Assembly (NCBI RefSeq): GCF_054482595.1
Contig: NZ_CM137008.1
Direction: 5' to 3' (one strand)
DNA: 64,000 bases
The translations under genes were made by a program, and so were the position numbers. Shown one piece after another: positions 43,274 through 55,676 of this stretch; position 1 is the first letter of the stretch, and the number at the start of each line of letters is the position of its first letter. The notes below the pieces were generated by a model. The model made no database searches, was not told where the DNA came from, and saw only the letters and a program-made list of their open reading frames with translations.

Positions 43274-44135
43274 GAGCGATGCTCCTTATACCAGCCTGAA
43301 ATGCCTTGTCGCCCGCCACCACCGCCACGTCGCAACCCATCGCCTGAAAGGCTTGCTGGTAGCGCGCGGTCAGCGATGTTCCGGCGACAAGGGTGATGGC
43401 GTGTTGATGGGTCACATAGTCGCGCATACTGGCAACCTCTGCGCCAATCAACAAACCAGAGAGAAATTCGCTGACCTGTTCGCGGGGAAGCGTTCCCAGC
43501 ACATGCGAGGCGCGAACTTCAAAAAGCTGCGGCAATATGGCGGGCGCATTAAGGCCACGCTCAAGGCCAGCCGCGAAGGCATCGGCAGAGTTTTCCTGCG
43601 GCGGCAAACCTGCGCCAATCAATGAGTGATTTAACAGTAAATGATGTAATTCACCGGTCATTACGGTGCGAAAATCGTTGATTTGCTGGCTATCGGCCTG
43701 CACCCATTTGCAATGGGTTCCGGGCATAACATAAAGAGAGGAAGGAGCCAGAGCACGCGCGCCGATCAATTGTGTTTCTTCGCCGCGCATCACATTGTGG
43801 TTATCGTCATGAGAAACGCATAATCCGGGAATAATCCAGATATTGTCGCCAACCGACGTTAATTGTTCGCCAATAGACGAAAAACGGACAGGAACAGATA
43901 AATACGGCGCAACTTTCCAGCCGACATTGCTGCCAACCATTCCTGCCATTACCACTGGCGTTTTCTCTTCACGCCAGTCGGTCGTGACTTCTGCTAACAC
44001 CGCAGCCGGAGATTTTCCGTTCAGGCGCGTGACGCCTGCTTCTGATTGCCTGCTCTCCAGGCAGTGGTCGCCCTGATAAAGCCAGGCGCGCAGATTGGTC
44101 GATCCCCAGTCAATTGCGATGTAGCGAGCTGTCAT
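43257..44135 (-). CDS. dgoK: 2-dehydro-3-deoxygalactonokinase
   Basis: 292 aa; operon context. Confidence 0.88.
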   Translation of the reverse strand: MTARYIAIDWGSTNLRAWLYQGDHCLESRQSEAGVTRLNGKSPAAVLAEVTTDWREEKTPVVMAGMVGSNVGWKVAPYLSVPVRFSSIGEQLTSVGDNIWIIPGLCVSHDDNHNVMRGEETQLIGARALAPSSLYVMPGTHCKWVQADSQQINDFRTVMTGELHHLLLNHSLIGAGLPPQENSADAFAAGLERGLNAPAILPQLFEVRASHVLGTLPREQVSEFLSGLLIGAEVASMRDYVTHQHAITLVAGTSLTARYQQAFQAMGCDVAVVAGDKAFQAGIRSIAHAVAN

Positions 44136-44821
44136 GTGATTTCCTTTAACCTTCGTGTCGAGCTGGCGATCATGGTAAGCGCCGCCTGCTCTGCCGCATC
44201 GCCGTCCTGATGCCGTATCGCATCGAACAGCGCCTTTTGTTCCTGGAGCGTTTGCGGCATGTTGGCCTCATCACCCATCCAGGTTCGTTCAAATACCGCC
44301 CGCTGCAGCGAACTGATCGCAATGCTAAGTTGCTGTAACACCGGATTATGTACCGACTGCAGCACCGCCTCGTGGTAGCGAATATCCGCTTCGTTAAACG
44401 CTTCGCGGTCCTGATTGTTGGCAATCATCTCGTTCAGCGCCGATTCAATCTGCGCCAGATCGCTGGAAGTCGCGCGCTCTGCTGCCCAACGGGCAATCGC
44501 CGGTTCCACCAGATTTCGCACTTCGCTCATGGCACTGATAAGTCGTGGGTCGTAGTCGTTTTCCAGCACCCATTGCAGTACGTCAGTGTCGAGGTAATTC
44601 CACTGGTTACGCGGTGCCACAAACGCGCCGCGATAACGTTTCATTTCAATCAGCCGCTTCGCCATCAGCGAACGGAACACCTCACGGATGATGTTGCGCG
44701 AGGTTGCGAACTCCTCACAGAGCTCCGCCTCAGCCGGAAGCGGCGAGCCTGGCACGTATTTGCCGTGAACGATCTGTTTACCCAGCGTAATGACGATGCG
44801 ATCGGTTTTATTGAGAGTCAT
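44132..44821 (-). CDS. dgoR: GntR-family regulator of galactonate operon
   Basis: 229 aa, N-terminal GntR HTH, FCD C-terminal domain. Confidence 0.88.
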   Translation of the reverse strand: MTLNKTDRIVITLGKQIVHGKYVPGSPLPAEAELCEEFATSRNIIREVFRSLMAKRLIEMKRYRGAFVAPRNQWNYLDTDVLQWVLENDYDPRLISAMSEVRNLVEPAIARWAAERATSSDLAQIESALNEMIANNQDREAFNEADIRYHEAVLQSVHNPVLQQLSIAISSLQRAVFERTWMGDEANMPQTLQEQKALFDAIRHQDGDAAEQAALTMIASSTRRLKEIT

Positions 44822-45173
44822 GGAGAGTCCTTGTGCTCTGTATGTTCTTCTCTACTTTACCCCGATCGATGCATAACGCGGCAACTTTGTAGTACCAGCG
44901 TGATAACGTTCGCGTTTGCTGTGTGCGTAATGTAGTACAAGCTTATATTGCTGTACTACAATTTAGATCGCAAAAAGAACAATGCATAAAAAAATGACAT
45001 GCGTCGGGCAGAAATGGAAAAGGGATATCAGGCGCTAAACAGGAGGGAAAGAAGAGTATGCTTTCAACGACTTAGTACTCAGACAGCAGCTTTTCCAGCG
45101 TCAGCGATGCGAATGAGGTAGTTCTGATTCATGACCGTTTTTATAATCCGGCTATGATATTTTTACCACATTG

Positions 45174-45506
45174 TCAGCGCGTTAAGGCGTGATGTTTTTG
45201 GCTGACGCTAGCCCAGCTTACTAAGGAGCATTGCCAGCTGCGGGCGGGTAAAGGATACCCCGCCGTCACGTACCGCAAGCCAGATAAATTGCCTTCCTCC
45301 TGGCGCTTGGTGAAAAGACACAGACCATCAGCCCAGAATATTTTAACAGTGTCACCCCGTCGGCCTCGGAAGATAAACAGGTGGCCGAAGAAGGGATTAT
45401 AATTCAGCACATGTTGACCCTGTTTTCCCAGTCCGTTGAAGGATTTACGCATATCAGCTACCCCGGCAATGAGGCAGATACGGGTACCGGATGGTAGTGA
45501 GATCAT
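45174..45506 (-). pseudogene. IS66-family TnpB (orf2) remnant
   Basis: MISLPSGTRICLIAGVADMRKSFNGL...HLFIFRGRRGDTVKIFWADGLCLFTKR matches IS66 orf2; C-terminus divergent/truncated. Confidence 0.65.
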
Positions 45507-45940
45507 CGTCTCCTCCTGGCTAACTCACGGATTAACACCTTGAGCAGCTCTGGTGAAGGATTTTCCAACACATCATGTTACTGAGACGGAACTCAACCTT
45601 ACAGGAACTGACACTGACTGTGTTATGGGGGGAAATGGATAAAGATGGAGCAATAGACATCATCGTATTTTTCTGTTCATTCGGCGTTATCTCAACAGGT
45701 AATAATTTAACGCCAGCGTCAGAAGTAGTCGTTACAGGAAGACGCCGCGAAACAACACAGGTTCAGGAGAATAAGGTAGAGCGTCTATAGTCCTGTTTCC
45801 TCCATCTAGGATGTCTGATGGAAATTCATCAGATACACTAAGGATCCCCATAAAGTATTTTATTGGCACACATCAGACATCCTTTAGGTATCCAGCAAGT
45901 TATTGAACTATTGCGTCGTCTCGTTCAAACTTCTCTTTTA

Positions 45941-47238
<1,298 letters not shown>

Positions 47239-47665
47239 GTATCCTCTGCGATGCCGAAGTCGGGGTTCTACCCTTGAGCTCTTCCTTAAGCATGCCTATT
47301 CTGGATAGCATTACACTGCTTTGAGGGTATCCAGCAACGATAAGAACTGACTAGGGGGTGGAGTTCACCTGCTTCACAATTAGTAAGTTTGCTGTTATTT
47401 AGCTTATTATATGGCTCATCACTGTGACGTTTTTTAGCTAGGAAATGCAATGAAAATTGTGCAGACTAGTCTCTCCGAATCTGTTACTCAGCATCTTGCC
47501 GAGCGCATCCTGTGCGGCGAACTGCCAGCAGGTAGCGTGCTGCCTGGCGAAAATGAACTGGCAACAGTTTCCAGGGGTGGTTGAACTCCGCCTTCGCAAA
47601 ATAAGAGCTTGGCGAAGGATATCGTTACTGTGGCGCAGTTCACGATTTTCACGCTCCAGCGTCTT

Positions 47666-47923
47666 TCAGACGCTGACGTTCAGCGGTGGTGAGTCCACCA
47701 TCACCGCCCCCGGTATCCCACTCATGCTGGTTGTACACCAGACACGCAGAGTCTCCGGTGTACAGCCAATCTTTGGGACGATGGAACAAATTGCTGCCCA
47801 TTGGGAGTCATATTCGCCCTGATTTTCCAGAACCATACGAACTGTCCGTTGACGGACTTCGGGGGAAAAACGAGTATTTTTAGCCATCCTGTTTACCTCT
47901 TTCTCAGGGAATTTAGTCTCCAA
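47666..47923 (-). pseudogene. IS629/IS1203-like OrfA remnant
   Basis: [50 protein letters not shown] matches IS629 OrfA N-terminus, then diverges. Confidence 0.6.
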
Positions 47924-48480
47924 GATTTCCGGGGCGCTTCACTTAGTTATTAATTAAATACCCCCCCGTTTCTTAAGTGGATTTGTTTATTCACATCTCG
48001 TGAATATTAGAACATTATATGATTGTACATCCATATAGAGTTCCGAGGCAGAACGAGAGTGAATCATTGATTGATGCCAACCATAAGGTAATTATCTGGA
48101 AGAGGCCATAGTCTTCCGGAAGATATGAAAATAATATTTTCTTTTGTTCTGCGTCGTGTTATTTTTTCTTTGTCCGTTGGCAAGACGGATAGATAAATAT
48201 TAAAACAAACAGACAAGATTCAGCATAGTTTACCTTCCGTCCCCTGCATCCTGGGGATTTTTTTTACTCAGTGATGGTAATCATACAGCCACAGATAACG
48301 GGAGCGATGTGTATTTTTCGGATCCACAACAGGACTGTTTTGAACAGAGGTATATTTTCCAGCAGTGACTGTCACTGTGGTAGCAAAATAAATATCCTCC
48401 GGCATAGCCGGAGGTTTTTCAAATGGGTGATGCTGCCAACTTACTGATTTAGTGTATGATGGTGTTTTTGAGGTGCTCCA

Positions 48481-48756
48481 GTGGCTTCTGTTTCTATCAG
48501 CTGTCCCTCCTGTTCAGCTACTGACGGGGTGGTGCGTAACGGCAAAAGCACTGCCGGACATCAGCGCTATCTCTGCTCTCACTGCCGTAAAACATGGCAA
48601 CTGCAGTTCACTTACACCGCTTCTCAACCCGGTACGCACCAGAAAATCATTGATATGGCCATGAATGGCGTTGGATGCCGGGCAACCGCCCGCATTATGG
48701 GCGTTGGCCTCAACACGATTTTCCGCCATTTAAAAAACTCAGGCCGCAGTCGGTAA
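48481..48756 (+). CDS. insA: IS1 InsA
   Basis: 91 aa, recognised InsA sequence. Confidence 0.9.
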   Translation: MASVSISCPSCSATDGVVRNGKSTAGHQRYLCSHCRKTWQLQFTYTASQPGTHQKIIDMAMNGVGCRATARIMGVGLNTIFRHLKNSGRSR

Positions 48757-49178
48757 CCTCGCGCATACAGCCGGGCAGTGACGTCATCGTCTGCGCGGAA
48801 ATGGACGAACAGTGGGGATACGTCGGGGCTAAATCGCGCCAGCGCTGGCTGTTTTACGCGTATGACAGGCTCCGGAAGACGGTTGTTGCGCACGTATTCG
48901 GTGAACGCACTATGGCGACGCTGGGGCGTCTTATGAGCCTGCTGTCACCCTTTGACGTGGTGATATGGATGACGGATGGCTGGCCGCTGTATGAATCCCG
49001 CCTGAAGGGAAAGCTGCACGTAATCAGCAAGCGATATACGCAGCGAATTGAGCGGCATAACCTGAATCTGAGGCAGCACCTGGCACGGCTGGGACGGAAG
49101 TCGCTGTCGTTCTCAAAATCGGTGGAGCTGCATGACAAAGTCATCGGGCATTATCTGAACATAAAACACTATCAATAA
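48675..49178 (+). CDS. insB: IS1 InsB (normally expressed as InsAB' by frameshift)
   Basis: 167 aa, recognised InsB sequence. Confidence 0.85.
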   Translation: MPGNRPHYGRWPQHDFPPFKKLRPQSVTSRIQPGSDVIVCAEMDEQWGYVGAKSRQRWLFYAYDRLRKTVVAHVFGERTMATLGRLMSLLSPFDVVIWMTDGWPLYESRLKGKLHVISKRYTQRIERHNLNLRQHLARLGRKSLSFSKSVELHDKVIGHYLNIKHYQ

Positions 49179-49549
49179 GTTGGAGTCATTACCCGCTGCA
49201 GGTATAAAATGAAGGTTTTCTGATTTTTCAGGGGCTATTGCAGGCCCCTTTTTACATCATAAATAATGATATCACTTAATGTATTACAAAATGTTATAAC
49301 CAGGGATATTCCCAGAATTTATAATTTCCTCCTGTACTTTTCACCATGACACAGAAACGCTATACATCGCGGTATTTCTGCAGGGTACGGGCTGGATATG
49401 GGTAAGCGTCTCGGTAGAGAGACGGTTAATGAGTCTAAGAATTACTCTTCTTTTAGCTGTGAAATAAGGAGGCGTTAAGAATATTTATTAAATAAAGGCC
49501 CGCTTTTAAAATGGGCCTTAAGGGCAAGACGATGTATAAAATATTTTAT

Positions 49550-50581
49550 CTATTGTTCATAAATTGATACGATAGCTTTACCATCGTTGCCGATAGTTCC
49601 ACGATACATCCCTTCTGTATTGAAACTCATAGTATAATTACCATTCTTATCTAGAACAATGACACCACCACTACCATTAATGTTTTTAACTTCATCAAGC
49701 GCATTTTGAGCTGCTTCTTTCAATGGTGTATTTTTATATTTCACCTGAGCAGCAATATTGTATGCAGTTGAAGTTCTAATAAACATTTCTCCAGTACCTG
49801 TAGCAGAAACAGCAACGGTATTATTATCGGCATAGGTTCCTGCTCCAATTATTGGCGAGTCACCTACGCGTCCGTAACGTTTATTTGTCATACCTCCTGT
49901 TGATGTTCCAGCTGCCAGATTACCATCTTTGTCCAACGCGACTGCTCCAACAGTTCCATATTTATAGTCGTAGTTCTTTGGGGGGAGTAAAAGAGATGCT
50001 GATTTACCATTATGATCAAGGGTTATTTTTTCGTCTTTTAAAGCGTTCTGTAGCTGTTGCCAACGGAAATCAGTTTTGAAATATGCTGGCTCAACCATAA
50101 CTAAGCCTTGCTCTTTTGCAAATAGTTCCGCACCATTAGAGATCATTAATACATGAGGGCTTTTAGTCATAACTGCATAAGCAGCGTTTATAGGGTTTTT
50201 TATGGTCGTCACTCCTGCAACGGCTCCGGCCATTTTGGTTTTTCCATCCATAATTGCAGCATCAAGTTCGTTTTTGCCATCATGAGTAAAGACAGCGCCT
50301 TTTCCAGCATTGAAGAGGGGAGAGTCCTCCATAACATTAATTGCACGCTGAACAGCATCAAGGCTACTTCCTCCACTATTAAGCACAGCATACCCAGCAT
50401 TTAGTGCATCTGTTAACTTTTCTCTGTATTGTTTTTCTTGTTCAGGTGTAATAGTATCTTTTGTTATGGTGCCAGCTCCACCATGAATTACAAGGCGTAT
50501 TGGCGTTTGAGATTCAGCGTGAGCATATCCTATACACAATGCGAAGGCTGCCATTACTGTTATACCTTTTATTTTATTCAT
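49550..50581 (-). CDS. Periplasmic isoaspartyl peptidase / L-asparaginase (Ntn-hydrolase family)
   Basis: Signal peptide MNKIKGITVMAAFALCIGYAHA; Ntn-hydrolase motifs (GTVGAVALD); track ORF has 10 extra N-terminal codons. Confidence 0.8.
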   Translation of the reverse strand: MNKIKGITVMAAFALCIGYAHAESQTPIRLVIHGGAGTITKDTITPEQEKQYREKLTDALNAGYAVLNSGGSSLDAVQRAINVMEDSPLFNAGKGAVFTHDGKNELDAAIMDGKTKMAGAVAGVTTIKNPINAAYAVMTKSPHVLMISNGAELFAKEQGLVMVEPAYFKTDFRWQQLQNALKDEKITLDHNGKSASLLLPPKNYDYKYGTVGAVALDKDGNLAAGTSTGGMTNKRYGRVGDSPIIGAGTYADNNTVAVSATGTGEMFIRTSTAYNIAAQVKYKNTPLKEAAQNALDEVKNINGSGGVIVLDKNGNYTMSFNTEGMYRGTIGNDGKAIVSIYEQ

Positions 50582-50699
50582 AACTCCTCCTTTTGTCTGA
50601 AGTTTATACAATATAAATATTTAAACTTTTTCCATTATGTTTATTTGACTTCTATCAAAAAAAATTATGCTAATTCGATTTTGCAAAATTTAATTGCAC

Positions 50700-52005
50700 G
50701 CAAATAATATGCACATATTTTTTAGTGTAATGAGTGACTTTTATGGATAGGTTCCCGCTGACCTCTATCACCATACTTCCCCCCGCTTTCAGTAGGACAT
50801 CCGTGTCTGACTTTATATCGAGATTTCATGTGGAAGAGATAAATGCCGGACCTTGAGAAAGAAATATAACTCCCCAGTCTCGTTGAACCCTCTTGTTGAT
50901 CCACTTTTCAAGTACGTAACGATCCAAGTTCCGCCTGCCGTCCAAGGCGTTTGGTGAAGCAGCACGGTCCGTCACTGTCAGCCCACAACTTCCGCTCCCA
51001 CGGGCGCGCCACCGCGCTCTTCTTCTCATTCACCTTCTGTTTCAGTTTGCTCTCCACGAACGCCCTGATGTCCTTCAGCAGATGGTCGCCCGCTTTCCGG
51101 CTGCTTACGTAGATGTTGCAGTCGTCTGCGTAGCGGCAGAAGCTGTGTCCACGATGGCGCTTAACTGCTGCGCTATCGCCTGCTGGATAAGCCTGTCCAC
51201 CACCGTCGGGATGCCTAAGGTTCTCACGCCGCCATCCGGCTTCGGGATATCCATCCGGCGTATTGCCCGCGGCTGGTAGTTTCCGTCAATCAATACCTGC
51301 CATACGCTGCGCCAGTTCTTCTTCAGCCACGGTTTCAACTCCGCCACACCTTTGTTTTCCACCACGCGCTGATAAGCCAGCATCAGGTTTTCTCTCGTTA
51401 TCACCGCTTCCATCGTCAGCGGCACTTCCGCTTTCGTTTGCCCACCCGCCGCCGTGCTGATTTCAGCGCCATCATGCAGCCCTGACGGATACTGTCCGTC
51501 TCCTCTGCCGCTGGCCGCAGTTGCCTGCGCGTGTGCTTCATTAATCATCATCGGGTTCGGATGTCCTAATCACAGTTAATCATGTTCGGCCCTTCATGCT
51601 GCCGGTTTTGCAGCACTACTACGGCGTCGGCTGACTTCTGCCGCCCCATCCCGGCGCCTCACGGCACCGGTAGCACACTGGCAGGGCGACAGATCTCCCG
51701 GGGTAATTCACGCGACTTTCCTGCTTATGCCTGTCGGCTTTACGTCACAGCGTTCCGTGTGAGTATCGGGCTTTGGTGATTTGTGCCACCTTACCCTGCT
51801 GCGCCGCCTTAACCGCTTCCTGTTCGTCAGGCCAGCATTTTGCATCCGGCTTCCTTCAGATTTCACCTCGCGATGAACACCCTTGCCTTCCGCTAACACT
51901 TCCCCTCACCGGGTGTGTGGAGGACTTTCACCTCTTAGTCGTTCTTCAGCCACCACAGTTGAAGAACAGCGCCAGTCACGGCGCTACGCGCCATGCCCGG
52001 CGCAC
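50700..52005 (-). mobile_element. Group II intron fragment (5' domains plus truncated intron-encoded protein)
   Basis: Minus-strand GTGCGCC 5' consensus at about 52005; RT-like ORF 51105..51551; 3' part missing. Confidence 0.5.
51105..51551 (-). pseudogene. Group II intron reverse transcriptase/maturase, N-terminal fragment
   Basis: ...TRENLMLAYQRVVENKGVA...RRMDIPKPDGGVRTLGIPTVVDRLIQQA typical RT domains 0-2; truncated. Confidence 0.65.
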
Positions 52006-52196
52006 ATATGCAACGAGCGCCGATGTAAACGGCACCCGTAATATTTTAGCTGCAGGGCACGCCGTACTTGCCTGTAAAGAGATGGTGCAGTCAGGCCTTT
52101 TGTTTAAGCAGGAGCCCACCGAAATGATTCCGGCAATAGCCTGATTAGCAGGAATCCACATCCTTCTGGGCGTGGAGGATGACAATCTAAAACAAG

Positions 52197-53558
52197 TTAA
52201 TAAAAAATACCGATAATCGCAGAGTGAAAAACAAAACCAACTATCAGGGGTAAAGCAGTGCGTTTTACCACTTCGAAGGGAGTTATATTTGCTCCACTGG
52301 AAACCGCTATAACCACGCCAGATACGGGAGACATCGCACGCCCCATATGGGAAGCCTGCTGCATAGGCAGGATCATCGATATGGCATTCACGCCCATGCT
52401 GGCAGCGATTTGTGGTATCAGTTCAACAAAAGCCAGAAATGGCGCATTGCCCGATCCCATAATGACAGCTGCAGCCAGTGTAACCAGAGCAAAAACGATG
52501 CCCATCGCAAAAGGGGGTAACCCAACGTGCTCTGCCATCAAAATTAATTGATCTATCGCGCCAATGCTTTTAATCCCATGAGCAAACACACCTGCGGCCA
52601 CCAGTAAGCCCACCACGCCGGTAAATGCTGTCCCCATTCCTTTCAGGAAATGGGTAAACCCGTCACATACAGCTTTCAGATCACATTTACGGACCCATTC
52701 GATCAGCATGCAAATTGCCATTGAGATAAGAACAATCGTAATGATATTGAGATTAATTCCGGTGACAAAAATCTCCGATGAGCCAACGGCCATCAGGATC
52801 GGTAGCATAGGTAGCAGAGCATAATAAGCCGGCGTACTGCCTGCTTTTATGACCGTTGTCGTACCAATTTCATGAGGTAATGTTCCAGCTTTACGATCAC
52901 AGTGTTTCTGCCAGAAAAAGTGGCTGATACCGACAATCAGAACAGTCGCCAGAGCAGCAGGCCCCTGATGATAGACAACATACTCCACCACATCCATATT
53001 TACCGCTTCAGAGCCTCGTATGGCGTCAATGGCTGTCGGTGTGTACGCCACACCAAGAGAGGTGGCAATTACCCCTGCGGCAGACGCTGCTGACAGCCCG
53101 AGTCCGAGCATAATAGGAAACATGGTTCCCATCAGTAAAACAGCAAGTCCGGTAGCTGAGGGGATAGCCAGTTGAAGAAGACTGGCGAAAAGATAAGAGA
53201 AAAAAAGCAGAACATAGGGGGAACGTAATGTCCGTAATGGCCGGGTTACCACACGGACAACCGCTTCATTCGCACCGATATGGTCCATGTAATGCGCAAA
53301 TCCCATCAGGGTCATAATCATCAGACCGAGATCAGCCGCACGGGTACTGAATAAATTGCGCATGACTTCGAAAGGATCAAGAAAACTAATTCCTGTACCG
53401 GACACGCCCTTCGGTAACACTGTGCCCCAACCGGTAAACCAGGTACAAACCATCAGCGCAAGCCCGGCAATAAAAAGCACGGGTTCTGCACGATATCCTT
53501 TCAGGATTAAGCGAGCAACTATCACGATAACAAGAAGCGCGATAACAACTTTAATCAT
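52197..53558 (-). CDS. DcuC-family anaerobic C4-dicarboxylate transporter
   Basis: 453 aa polytopic membrane protein; DcuC-like C-terminal motif [25 protein letters not shown]. Confidence 0.8.
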   Translation of the reverse strand: MIKVVIALLVIVIVARLILKGYRAEPVLFIAGLALMVCTWFTGWGTVLPKGVSGTGISFLDPFEVMRNLFSTRAADLGLMIMTLMGFAHYMDHIGANEAVVRVVTRPLRTLRSPYVLLFFSYLFASLLQLAIPSATGLAVLLMGTMFPIMLGLGLSAASAAGVIATSLGVAYTPTAIDAIRGSEAVNMDVVEYVVYHQGPAALATVLIVGISHFFWQKHCDRKAGTLPHEIGTTTVIKAGSTPAYYALLPMLPILMAVGSSEIFVTGINLNIITIVLISMAICMLIEWVRKCDLKAVCDGFTHFLKGMGTAFTGVVGLLVAAGVFAHGIKSIGAIDQLILMAEHVGLPPFAMGIVFALVTLAAAVIMGSGNAPFLAFVELIPQIAASMGVNAISMILPMQQASHMGRAMSPVSGVVIAVSSGANITPFEVVKRTALPLIVGFVFHSAIIGIFY

Positions 53559-54811
53559 GACTCACGATTCCCTGTGGTGAACCCATTGAATGTCTCCTGA
53601 ATGATGGCAATAACCACATCACTTGCCGCCCGAAGTGAACGGACTGGAAGATATTCATAGATAGAATGGAAATTATGTGCGCCGGTAAAAATGTTCGGGC
53701 AGGGTAATCCTTTTTGTGAAAGAACAGCGCCATCATATCCTCCACGCATCGCCACCGGTGTCGGAGTAATACCACATCGTTGGTAAGCTCGCAGTGCAAT
53801 GTCGATGGGATAATGCCCCTCTCCCTGCAGACTGTTAAAGACATTGGCGTACCGATCGCTCAGTTGGCAGATCACGCTTCCTTCTCCCCATAATGCACAA
53901 GCACTTTCTGCAAGCTGGCGTACAAATGTCTTCCGGGCGTGATATCCTTCCTCGCTGAAATCTCGTATATCCAGTTTTAGTACAGTTCTGGCACTGTTTC
54001 CCTGTAACTGTTTCACCCAATAATAGCCTTCGCGTCCTTCTGTATATTCAGGCGCTTCTCCTCCTGGCAACATCGAAATGAATTTGTGAGCCATCAAAAG
54101 AGAGTTCTTAAGCTTGCCTTTCGCTGACATAGGGTGTGCAGACTGGCCGGTAAAGATAATTTCTGCATCACCCGCATTCCAGTTTTCGTAAACAAATTCT
54201 CCAATACCGCAGCAATCCAGAGTGTAGCCAAAATCTGCGCCAAACTCTGAAACATCGAAGGCTTTGGCCCCCCGTAACCCCTGCTCTTCATCTGGCACAA
54301 ACCCAACTTTAACTTCTCCATGCCTGATTTCAGGATGAGAAATCAGAAATTGAAGTGCGTTCATTATGGCCGCCAGCGCCGCTTTATCATCGGCCCCCAG
54401 AAGGCTGGTACCATCTGTCACTATAAGATCATCGCCAATATAATTTTTGAGCTCCGGGAATTCACTCTCACGCAAATAAATATTCAGTTCAGGGTTCAGA
54501 CAGAGATCGCCCCCATTATAAGGTAATCGTTGCGCTTTTGTATCGGCTGTCTGTTCGGCACTGGTGTCCAGATGTCCAAAAAAGGAAACGACGGGGATTG
54601 TTTCGTCAGTATTTGCAGGGAGTGTTGCTGTTACGATAGCATTCTCTCTGAGAATAATATCCTCCATACCCAATGCTTCAAGTTCACTCACCAACAATTT
54701 CGCAAGTTTCATCTGACCAGGAGATGAAGGCATGATCCCTTTTGCGCCGTTTTCTCGTGAGGTAGTGGTATTAATTTTTGTATAATTGATAAAGCGTTCG
54801 ACAATATCCAT
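53555..54811 (-). CDS. Peptidase T-like tripeptidase (M20 family)
   Basis: 418 aa; M20 motifs (HLDT, GADDKAA, DEE); 4-nt overlap with dcuC start. Confidence 0.8.
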   Translation of the reverse strand: MDIVERFINYTKINTTTSRENGAKGIMPSSPGQMKLAKLLVSELEALGMEDIILRENAIVTATLPANTDETIPVVSFFGHLDTSAEQTADTKAQRLPYNGGDLCLNPELNIYLRESEFPELKNYIGDDLIVTDGTSLLGADDKAALAAIMNALQFLISHPEIRHGEVKVGFVPDEEQGLRGAKAFDVSEFGADFGYTLDCCGIGEFVYENWNAGDAEIIFTGQSAHPMSAKGKLKNSLLMAHKFISMLPGGEAPEYTEGREGYYWVKQLQGNSARTVLKLDIRDFSEEGYHARKTFVRQLAESACALWGEGSVICQLSDRYANVFNSLQGEGHYPIDIALRAYQRCGITPTPVAMRGGYDGAVLSQKGLPCPNIFTGAHNFHSIYEYLPVRSLRAASDVVIAIIQETFNGFTTGNRES

Positions 54812-55676
54812 TGAGATGCCTTCTTCAACATTTTCCAGATTTTAGGGACAGTTTATTAACACCTTCTGACTCTGAAGAACGTGAATTTATGCTATGTTCA
54901 GGCTGTCATTTTTCCAAGAGAGAAATGATAATTATGAAGAGCCTTTGCATGATTGAACATAAAATACAGACTCCATTACAGTATGGCGTTTTTTTAGCTT
55001 GTGATGATTAATGCCGTTACACCCTGAAAGACGATTTAGTGATCAAATCATCTAAAAATAATTAATCATAATGGATGTTAAAATCCATGATCTAACTCAA
55101 ATTACAAACCATTAAAGCGGAAGATGGAGTGGAAACATTACGTTTTCTACTCTATTCCAAGATTTATCAATTAGAAGTGCAATAACATTCCCGTGTAAAA
55201 ACTCTTATCTTAATAAGAATCACCATGAGTGACTATATCTACAACGCTGGAAAACCTAGCAGAGATATAGGTTTTCTATGGTGGTAAACAGGTTGTTTTT
55301 CTGAAGGATGTGACCAAACCGGGATGCTATTATAAAATAGTTCTACTTAATCATGATTTAAAAAATCAGCATTAATAATAAGTTTGATTGCGGAATTGTT
55401 TTTTTTGATCTTAATCATATTAGTGCAGCGTTATCTGCATATTTCGGGCTTTTACTGGTTATATTTGATTGCTAAATAACCCACTAATTTTAACGTTATA
55501 AAAATGTGCTTGATATCACGTTTTAAGTTTATCTTATTAGTTTAAATATATTCCATTAGATGGTAATGGTTATGTCATCTGGTGATTATAAGTATTCATT
55601 CTTAATGTTGGATAAGTGTTTTATGAAAACAATTTGTTATTGTCACATTGTTTTCGAAAAATGGAGTTAGAAAATT

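Larger units (their letters stand above)
48426..49193 (+). mobile_element. IS1
   Basis: Starts GGTGATGCTGCCAACTTACTGATTTAGTG, ends ...GTTGGAGTCATTACC; 768 bp; insA and insB present. Confidence 0.85.

Noticed and set aside
45817-45911. Inverted repeat TAGGATGTCTGATG...CATCAGACATCC and a tatccagcaa motif recurring at about 47325, flanking the IS3-family element
   Set aside because: Could be remnants of another element or chance similarity; boundaries cannot be resolved without alignment, so not annotated.
48417-49202. Target-site duplication for IS1
   Set aside because: The 9 bp flanking the inferred IS1 ends do not match by eye, so no TSD is claimed; the IS1 may mark a rearrangement junction.
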